A DNA stretch of 34,345 nt from an uncultured Bacilli bacterium (GTDB lineage Bacteria; Bacillota_I; Bacilli_A; RF39; UBA660), in NCBI GenBank assembly GCA_947628375.1, contig CANQZQ010000003.1, positions 1-34,345 on the forward strand, read 5' to 3'. The notes beneath the pieces were generated by a model, which was not told where the DNA came from, did not search any database, and saw only the letters and a list, made by a program, of their open reading frames with translations. Below are positions 1-7,055 of the stretch, in pieces. Position 1 is the stretch's first letter; each line of letters begins with the position of its first letter. The translations under genes and the position numbers were made by a program.

Positions 1-70
1 ACTGTTTTTAAAATTTTGAGTGTTTTCTCTTTTATTTTAGAAAAAATTTATTTTCCCACATCTAGTTTAC

Positions 71-480
71 TACATCTCAATAAACGTGAATCTTGCTAAG
101 TATAAAGAGAAGTGGTATGATAAAGTTATCAAAGGAAGCAAAGAAAATATATATTTAGTAACATTAAGTGCTAATGAAGAAGAGTTAGGAAAATAAAAGA
201 GAATTGTCATGAAAAGGTAGTAAAGGAGACGATCGATAAAGTGTTTGAATTAAATGAAGATGGAACAATAACTAGATTGGTATCATATGAAGATGAACAA
301 AAGTGGCTTATCAAAAGAGGAAAAGAATTAGCTAAAGAAGCAGGAATAAAAGAAGGTATTAAAGAAAATCAAATGAATACTGCTAAAAAGTTACTATTAA
401 GAGGAATGGAAATAAAAGAAGTAAGTGAAATAACAAACTTAAAAGAAGAAGAAATAATAAAGATTCAAAAAGAATTATAA
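71..480 (+). pseudogene. Rpn-family (PD-(D/E)XK nuclease/putative transposase) 3' remnant; 241-480 remains open as a 79-aa C-terminal ORF
   Basis: Frame from 71 reads YISINVNLAKYKEKWYDK...ANEEELGK*, shifts near 190-198 to IKENCHEKVVKETIDKVFELNED and ends in the Rpn-type tail EAGIKEGIKENQMNTAKKLLLRGMEIKEVSEITNLKEEEI. Upstream in-frame TAG at 38-40; no nuclease domain. Confidence 0.65.
93..121 (+). promoter_or_regulatory. sigmaA-type promoter inside the Rpn remnant
   Basis: TTGCTA (93-98), 17 bp, TATGAT (116-121) with extended -10 TG. Confidence 0.55.
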
Positions 481-534
481 TTATTTCTTTTTAATTTAAT
501 TAAATAATGTTACAATAAATAAAAGTGATGTAGT

Positions 535-1680
535 ATGAAGAAATTAATTAAATTATTAAAAGATAAAGAGTTAAATTATTTAAATCAAATAAATGATTTT
601 ATTGATCCAACCTGTATTTATTTACCAAAAGATAATAATTATCAAGTTAATGATTATATCTATAAGAATACTTTTATTAATAATATTCCTTCTTCTATAT
701 CTGGTAAAATTGCTAAAATAGAAAAAAGAAAATTTAATAATGAAGATATTTTTTGTTATCAAATAATAAATGATTTTAAAGAAAATGCGAAAAATAAAAT
801 TCGTAAAAAAAGTCCTAAAAACAAAGAAGAATTAATGAATTATTTAGATTTATTTCATTTAACAGAAATTATAAATAAAATAAATGAAAAAGGAAACTTA
901 AATAACATTGTCGTTTGTGCAGTCGATGAAGAATGCTATTCATTTAATGAATTCATTAGTTTATCTAATTATTATAATGAAATAATCACGACTCTTAATC
1001 ATTTACTTGAAATTTGTGTTATTAATAATGGATTTATAGCTACTAAAAATACCGATAGTGGAAGTATTAAAAAAGTTAAATCCATCTTAGGTACTTATCC
1101 TAATATCAAAATGAAACTTTTACCAGATCTATATTTAATAAGTTATGAGGAATATTTATGCTCTTATCTCAATATCAAAAAAGAAGAAACATTAATATTT
1201 AATACTAATGAAATTTTAATATTATATAATGCTTTATTTAAAAATAGAGTTTTAAATGAAAAAATAATTACCATCAGTGGTAACAATATTGCCAAATCTT
1301 TAATTATTAAAACAAGAATAGGGACTCCTTTAAAAGAAATAATTGATAAGTTTATTGAAATTAAAGATAATAATTATAATATTTTTATTAATGGTATTTA
1401 TGTGGGGTATCAAGTCACTAGCTTTTCGGATGTCATTATTTCTCCTTCAATTCATACAATTATAATAAATAAATTAGTAATAGAAGAAGAAACTGAATGC
1501 CTTAACTGTGGAGCATGTTTTAAAATATGCCCAGTTAATATCAATGTTAAGAAATGCTATTTTGAAAAAATGCTTAGTAAAAAATGTTTAGGCTGTGGTT
1601 TATGTAATTATATATGTCCTGCTAATTTAAAACTAAAAGAAGTAATAAAGGATGGTGCTTATGAAGAAAAAAACAACTAA
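535..1680 (+). CDS. rnfC: Divergent RnfC-like 2x[4Fe-4S] protein
   Basis: C-terminal CLNCGACFKICP and CLGCGLCNYICP; SSISGKI and ITISGNNI...TRIGTPL match RnfC layout; adjacent RnfD-like gene. Confidence 0.65.
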   Translation: MKKLIKLLKDKELNYLNQINDFIDPTCIYLPKDNNYQVNDYIYKNTFINNIPSSISGKIAKIEKRKFNNEDIFCYQIINDFKENAKNKIRKKSPKNKEELMNYLDLFHLTEIINKINEKGNLNNIVVCAVDEECYSFNEFISLSNYYNEIITTLNHLLEICVINNGFIATKNTDSGSIKKVKSILGTYPNIKMKLLPDLYLISYEEYLCSYLNIKKEETLIFNTNEILILYNALFKNRVLNEKIITISGNNIAKSLIIKTRIGTPLKEIIDKFIEIKDNNYNIFINGIYVGYQVTSFSDVIISPSIHTIIINKLVIEEETECLNCGACFKICPVNINVKKCYFEKMLSKKCLGCGLCNYICPANLKLKEVIKDGAYEEKNN

Positions 1681-2503
1681 AGATATCGTTATTATTAATA
1701 TAATACTTTTAATTCCTTTAATTATTTATGGCATTTTTAAAAATGGTTATCTCTTATATGAAAGAAATTTAATTCCTTTTTATATAATTTTTAAACCATT
1801 ATATTTGACTATTATTAGTATTCTTATTAAATTTTTTTTTGATTTTATTACTACTAAAAAAATAAATGTTAATTATAACCTTTTATATATGATTTTAATA
1901 AGTATGATTATGCCATATAATATTAATATATTAGTATATATAATAACTCTAATAATTACTTATTTGCTTACTAGTTTATTAGAAACTAAGTTTAAATTTA
2001 ATAAAGTAGCACTAATTTATTTAATTATAATTTTAATAAATTCTATCTTTAATGGTTTAACTTTTCAAAATCCCTTAGAAAGTACTGCTTCTTTTAATTT
2101 TTCTTTTTTAGATTTACTTATGGGTAGATGTATCGGAGGAATATCATCAACTAGTATTATCTTTAGTTTACTTGCTTATACTTTATTAATAAATTCTTAT
2201 TATTATAAAAAAGATATGCCTTTATTTATTAACATTTCTTACCTTTTCTTATCTTTCATTTTTTATTTAATTACTCATAATAGTGATATTCTACTAAATA
2301 GTGAACTTATTTTTGCTAGTATTTTTATTGCCCCATTACCCAAATATTCACCCTATAAAGTAAAAGGCCAAGTAATTGAAGGCATATTAATAGGAATTAT
2401 TTCTTTTATCATATCTATCTTATTTAATAAAGTAATAAGTATTTATATATCTATCTTTTTAGTATCTTTACTTGCAAATTTATCTTTAAAAAAAAATAAC
2501 TAA
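1661..2503 (+). CDS. rnfD: Divergent RnfD-like membrane protein (alternative start 1652)
   Basis: Polytopic hydrophobic protein; DLLMGRCIGGISSTS resembles RnfD LFLG..PGSIGETS; FIAPLPKYSP resembles FMATDPVTSP; AAGGA 8 nt before ATG 1661. Confidence 0.6.
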   Translation: MKKKTTKDIVIINIILLIPLIIYGIFKNGYLLYERNLIPFYIIFKPLYLTIISILIKFFFDFITTKKINVNYNLLYMILISMIMPYNINILVYIITLIITYLLTSLLETKFKFNKVALIYLIIILINSIFNGLTFQNPLESTASFNFSFLDLLMGRCIGGISSTSIIFSLLAYTLLINSYYYKKDMPLFINISYLFLSFIFYLITHNSDILLNSELIFASIFIAPLPKYSPYKVKGQVIEGILIGIISFIISILFNKVISIYISIFLVSLLANLSLKKNN

Positions 2504-2520
2504 ATTCCTTAAATTTTATT

Positions 2521-2540
2521 TGCCTTTTTAGGCATTTTTT
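2521..2540 (+). terminator. Intrinsic terminator after rnfD-like gene, overlapping a sigmaA promoter (TTGCCT 2520-2525, TATAAT 2543-2548)
   Basis: TGCCT-TTTT-AGGCA followed by T6. Confidence 0.55.
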
Positions 2541-2709
2541 ATTATAATAAATAAATGTTTTAAAAAAAGGGAGTTTTAATATGAAAATTATCAAATTCAA
2601 TTAGATTATAATGGCAAAATTCAAAAAAAATATCAAAAATTCAAAAAATTTTAACGAAAAAAAAGGAAATCGAGGTATAAGCGACAATATATATTATTAG
2701 AGGGGAAAA

Positions 2710-4455
2710 ATGCAAGCAATAAGTGAAGAAAAAATAAAAGAAATAAGAAATAGTGCTGATATTGTTAGTATTATCTCAAATTATATACCATTAAAAATGC
2801 AAGGCAAAAACTACTTTGGTGTCTGTCCATTCCATGATGATCATAATCCAAGTATGTCTGTTTCTAAAGAAAGACAGTTATATAAATGCTTTGTATGTAA
2901 TAAAGGTGGTAATGTTTTTAATTTTGTTAAAGATTATGAAAATATCTCTTATATTGAAGCTGTTGTTAAAGTAGCTAATTTAGTAGGTATTCCTATTACT
3001 TATACATATTCTAAAAAAAATGATGATAAATATAAAGAAGAATATGAAATAATGGATTTTACAACTAATATTTATCAAAATAATTTGAATAGTAAAGAAG
3101 GACTCAAAGCTAAAGAATATTTAGAGAAAAGAAATATTACATCAGATATAATTAAAGAATTTAGAATTGGTTATGCCCTTGATGATAATAAATATTTATA
3201 TAATGTTTTAACGAAAAAGAATTATAATCTAGATAAATTAGACGAACTTGGTTTAGTTAATAAAGATGGTCTTCAAGGGTATGATAAATTTCAAAATCGT
3301 ATTATGATTCCTATAACTAATTTAGATGGTCAAACTGTTGGCTTTACAGGAAGAATTTTTAATGGTGAAGATAGTGCTAAATATATTAATACTAAAGAAA
3401 CAGCTATATATAAGAAAGGTAATATTATATTTAATTATCATAATGCTCTTCCTTATATTAGAGAAGAAAAATGTGCCATTTTAGTTGAAGGCAATATGGA
3501 CGCCATAAGAATGTATTCATCTGGTGTTAAAAATGTTTTAGCTTTAATGGGAACTGCCATTACCAAAGAACAAATTGAAATATTAAAAAAATTAAGAGTT
3601 CCCATTATTCTTATGTTAGATAATGATAATGCGGGGGAAATAGCCACTAATAACATTGGCGATGAATTAATTAAAAATAATATTAAAGTGGAAGTTGTAA
3701 GACTAAAAAGAGCTAAAGATCCCGACGAATACATAGTTTCTTTTGGCATTGAAGCTTTTAAAGACGTAATAAAAAATAGTCAAAGTTACATAGATTATAA
3801 ATTAGAATATTTAAAAAATAATAAAAATTTAAATAATACTATTGAGTTAGTTAATTATATAAAAGATGTTTTAAAAATTTTAGATACATCAGATAATTTA
3901 ACTAAAGAATTAGTGTTAAAAAAAATTAGTAATGAATATAATATCGATTATGATATGTTAAAAAAAGAAGTTACTTTTAAAGAAGAAGTCAAAAAAGAAA
4001 ATCCTTATATTAGTAAAACAAAAAAAGATAAATATAAAGTTTGTGTTAATAATATACTATATTATTTAATGAGTGATAGTAAATATTTGAAAATATTTAA
4101 TAAAAAATTAGGCTTTTTAAAAAACGCTAAAGAAAGAAATTTAGTAACAGAAATTGAATATTATATTGATTTATATGGTAAAATAAATTTAGCGGACTTT
4201 TTAAGTTATGCTGAAAATGTAAAGAGTATTAAAGATATTGTTAATGAAGTAACAACTAGTGTCAGTTTTGATGATTTAGAAGAAGAAACATTTATGGATT
4301 ATTTAAATGTTTTAAATGAATTATTAATGAAAGAAAATATTATAGAAATAAAAGAAAAGATAAATAAGTCAAGTGATATTAATGAACAAATAGAAAATAT
4401 TAATAGACAAATTGATTTAACTAAAAAAATATTAGATGAAAAAAAGGAAGTGTAA
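2710..4455 (+). CDS. dnaG: DNA primase
   Basis: CPFHDD...CFVC zinc finger, KYINTKET, TOPRIM VEGNMD...DNDNAG, KDPDE; upstream of sigA. Confidence 0.97.
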   Translation: MQAISEEKIKEIRNSADIVSIISNYIPLKMQGKNYFGVCPFHDDHNPSMSVSKERQLYKCFVCNKGGNVFNFVKDYENISYIEAVVKVANLVGIPITYTYSKKNDDKYKEEYEIMDFTTNIYQNNLNSKEGLKAKEYLEKRNITSDIIKEFRIGYALDDNKYLYNVLTKKNYNLDKLDELGLVNKDGLQGYDKFQNRIMIPITNLDGQTVGFTGRIFNGEDSAKYINTKETAIYKKGNIIFNYHNALPYIREEKCAILVEGNMDAIRMYSSGVKNVLALMGTAITKEQIEILKKLRVPIILMLDNDNAGEIATNNIGDELIKNNIKVEVVRLKRAKDPDEYIVSFGIEAFKDVIKNSQSYIDYKLEYLKNNKNLNNTIELVNYIKDVLKILDTSDNLTKELVLKKISNEYNIDYDMLKKEVTFKEEVKKENPYISKTKKDKYKVCVNNILYYLMSDSKYLKIFNKKLGFLKNAKERNLVTEIEYYIDLYGKINLADFLSYAENVKSIKDIVNEVTTSVSFDDLEEETFMDYLNVLNELLMKENIIEIKEKINKSSDINEQIENINRQIDLTKKILDEKKEV

Positions 4456-4458
4456 ATA

Positions 4459-5565
4459 ATGTTAGAAATTAAAACATTTGAAGAAAGAAAAGAAGAATTA
4501 ATTAAAAAAGGAGAAGAAAAAGGCTATATAACATTTGAAGAATTAGCGGCCTCTTTAAAAGGATTAGAGATTGATAACGATACTTTAGATGATTTGTATA
4601 ATTCTTTTGTTGATGCTGGAATAAGTGTTATTACAGAAGAAGATGCAGAAAATGGTGGTGGAGATGCCCCAGATTTAATGCATTTAGAAGAAGAGCCAGT
4701 TATTCTTGATGAAGAAGAATTAACTAAAGACGTTAATATAAATGATCCGGTTCGGATGTATTTGAAAGAAATTGGTCGAATAAGTTTGCTTTCTAATGAA
4801 GAAGAAATGAATATTTCTATGCGTATTGCTGATGGTGATGAAGATGCTAAAAGAATTTTAGCTGAAAGTAATTTACGTTTAGTTGTATCTATTGCTAAAA
4901 GATATGTGGGAAGAGGTTTATTATTCCTTGATTTAATTCAAGAAGGTAACATTGGTTTAATGAAAGCAGTTGAAAAATTTGACTATGATAAAGGTTATAA
5001 ATTTTCAACTTATGCCACTTGGTGGATAAGACAAGCTATCACTAGAGCACTAGCAGATCAAGCAAGAACGATAAGAGTGCCAGTTCATATGGTTGAAACT
5101 ATTAATAAAATGGTTCGTGTTCAAAGGCAAATGACCCTTGAGTTAAATAGAGAACCATCTGATGAAGAAATTGCTAAAAAAATGGGGGTTTCAGTCGACA
5201 AAGTAAGAGAGGTTATAAAAATTAGCCAAGAACCAGTATCTTTAGAAACTCCCATTGGGGAAGAAGATGATTCACATTTAGGAGATTTTCTAAAAGATGA
5301 AAGCAGTTTGTCACCAGAAGAATACACGGAAAATGAAATTTTAAAAGAGGAAATAAAAGAGGTTTTACAAACATTACAACCAAGAGAACAAGAAGTACTG
5401 GAACTTAGATTTGGCTTAACTGATGGAACATGTCATACTTTAGAAGATGTTGGTAAACGCTTTAATGTTACAAGAGAAAGAATCAGACAAATTGAAGCAA
5501 AAGCCTTAAGAAAATTACGCCATCCATCAAGAGCTAAGAAATTAAAAGATTTCTTAAATAATTAA
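4459..5565 (+). CDS. sigA: RNA polymerase primary sigma factor SigA/RpoD
   Basis: [61 protein letters not shown]. Confidence 0.98.
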   Translation: MLEIKTFEERKEELIKKGEEKGYITFEELAASLKGLEIDNDTLDDLYNSFVDAGISVITEEDAENGGGDAPDLMHLEEEPVILDEEELTKDVNINDPVRMYLKEIGRISLLSNEEEMNISMRIADGDEDAKRILAESNLRLVVSIAKRYVGRGLLFLDLIQEGNIGLMKAVEKFDYDKGYKFSTYATWWIRQAITRALADQARTIRVPVHMVETINKMVRVQRQMTLELNREPSDEEIAKKMGVSVDKVREVIKISQEPVSLETPIGEEDDSHLGDFLKDESSLSPEEYTENEILKEEIKEVLQTLQPREQEVLELRFGLTDGTCHTLEDVGKRFNVTRERIRQIEAKALRKLRHPSRAKKLKDFLNN

Positions 5566-5566
5566 A

Positions 5567-6187
5567 ATGAATAGTGAAAGATTAAATAAAATTGCTAGTA
5601 AAATTAGCAAAAATGACATTGTTTTAGACGTTGGTTGTGATCATGGCTATTTAAGTATTATACTTAAAAAAAATAAATTATGTAAAAAAGTCTATGCTAG
5701 CGAAATATCTCAAAATGCTTTAGATAATGCTAAAGCTAATTTTAAAAAAAATCATGTTAAAATAGATATCTTTTTAAGTGATGGATTTAAAAATATTCCT
5801 GTAGAGTTTAATACTGCTGTGATTGCCGGTATGGGTACGCATACTATTTTAAATATTTTAAATCATCCTTCTGCTCCCGAAAAATTAATTCTGGCTAGTA
5901 ATAATGATTATTATTTACTTCGTAAAACTTTAAATGAAATTGGATATAAAATAGTATCAGAAGATGTAGTCTTAGAAAATAATCATTATTATGTTATTCT
6001 TTTATGTATCAAAGCTTATCAAAAATTATCGAGAAAAGAATTGCTTTACGGTATATCTAATAATGAAACATATTATAATTATTTATTAAATGAAAGAAAA
6101 AAGATACTTCCAAAAGTACCTTTATCAAAAAAAATTAAATTAATGAAAGAATGTTATGAATTAAAAGGCCTTATTGAAAAAAAGTAA
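5567..6187 (+). CDS. trmK: tRNA (adenine22-N1) methyltransferase TrmK family
   Basis: LDVGCDHGYL, LSDGF, VIAGMG; conserved position after sigA. Confidence 0.88.
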   Translation: MNSERLNKIASKISKNDIVLDVGCDHGYLSIILKKNKLCKKVYASEISQNALDNAKANFKKNHVKIDIFLSDGFKNIPVEFNTAVIAGMGTHTILNILNHPSAPEKLILASNNDYYLLRKTLNEIGYKIVSEDVVLENNHYYVILLCIKAYQKLSRKELLYGISNNETYYNYLLNERKKILPKVPLSKKIKLMKECYELKGLIEKK

Positions 6188-6458
6188 GTCCTTTTTCATT
6201 TGCATTATTATTAATATTATTTATATTATTAATTTTTTCTTTTATTGGTCCAATATTTTTAGCTGTATTATCCATTACTCTTTTAGTAGTAGTATTGCCA
6301 AATTCTTTTAATAAGCTCATAGCATTTCTTGCACTACTTACTAAAGGCTTTGCTTCTTTATATATGGGAATAACTTGATTAACAACATTTAATGTTTTAG
6401 AAATGCCCCCAATAATTCTTGTTAAAGAAAGTCCACTTCCTATTCTTGGCCCAAACAT
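6171..6458 (-). CDS. YqfQ/VrrA-like small protein
   Basis: ISKTLNVVNQVIPIYKEAKPLV resembles the YqfQ core; AGGTGG Shine-Dalgarno; reverse-strand position downstream of trmK as in Bacillus. Confidence 0.55.
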   Translation of the reverse strand: MFGPRIGSGLSLTRIIGGISKTLNVVNQVIPIYKEAKPLVSSARNAMSLLKEFGNTTTKRVMDNTAKNIGPIKEKINNINNINNNANEKGLTFFQ

Positions 6459-6494
6459 CTAAACCACCTATAATATTTTATGCAAAATTATAAA

Positions 6495-6941
6495 TTATTT
6501 TCTTTTATGAATATTTCTATCATCAGTTAAATATAAAAGATAATCAATAGAAACATTATAATATTTAGCTAAAATTATAAGCTTATTAATAGGTATTTCA
6601 CTATAATCAGATTCATAATGGGAATAGCCTTTACGAGACATATTAAGTATTTTAGCAATATCTTCTTGTAATAAATCTCGATCTTCTCTTATTTCTTTTA
6701 ATCTTATTAAAGAATTATTATTTATTTTTGATTCTTCATATTTATCTTTAATATCAGTTAATTCTAATAAATAATCAACACTAACATTATAAAAAGAAGC
6801 TAGGTTTTTAAGAGTCTCTAACGATATTTTTCTTGCTTCTCTTTCATATTGTGAATAACCAGTTTGGCTCATATTTATTAGATTAGCTAATTCTTTTTGA
6901 CTTAAATTTTTTTCTTTTCTTAAACTCTTTAATCTTTTCAT
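6495..6941 (-). CDS. XRE-family regulator with two tandem HTH domains
   Basis: RLKSLRKEKNLSQKELA...YNVSVDYLLELTD repeated as RLKEIREDRDLLQEDIA...YNVSIDYLLYLTD. Confidence 0.9.
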   Translation of the reverse strand: MKRLKSLRKEKNLSQKELANLINMSQTGYSQYEREARKISLETLKNLASFYNVSVDYLLELTDIKDKYEESKINNNSLIRLKEIREDRDLLQEDIAKILNMSRKGYSHYESDYSEIPINKLIILAKYYNVSIDYLLYLTDDRNIHKRK

Positions 6942-6980
6942 AAATAATCAACTAAAATTTATCATAACCAAAATTATACA

Positions 6981-7009
6981 TTGACTTATGCTCATAATTG
7001 AATTAAAAT
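6981..7009 (+). promoter_or_regulatory. sigmaA promoter of the 739-aa exported protein
   Basis: TTGACT (6981-6986), 17 bp, TAAAAT (7004-7009); SD TAAGGAG at 7041-7047. Confidence 0.75.
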
Positions 7010-7044
7010 ATAAATATATAAAATAACTCATATATGAGCATAAG
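6985..7044. repeat. 12-bp perfect inverted repeat, probable operator pair
   Basis: CTTATGCTCATA (6985-6996) and TATGAGCATAAG (7033-7044); perfect palindrome CTCATATATGAG at 7027-7038. Confidence 0.75.
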
Positions 7045-7055
7045 GAGTAATATCT

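Noticed and set aside
2662-2690. sigmaH-like promoter before dnaG (AAAGGAAAT...)
   Set aside because: No convincing GAAT -10 at the right spacing.
6985-7044. Invertible promoter
   Set aside because: Only 36 bp between arms, no recombinase nearby, and inversion would still leave a TAnnnT hexamer at -10; operator pair is simpler, though reads should be checked.
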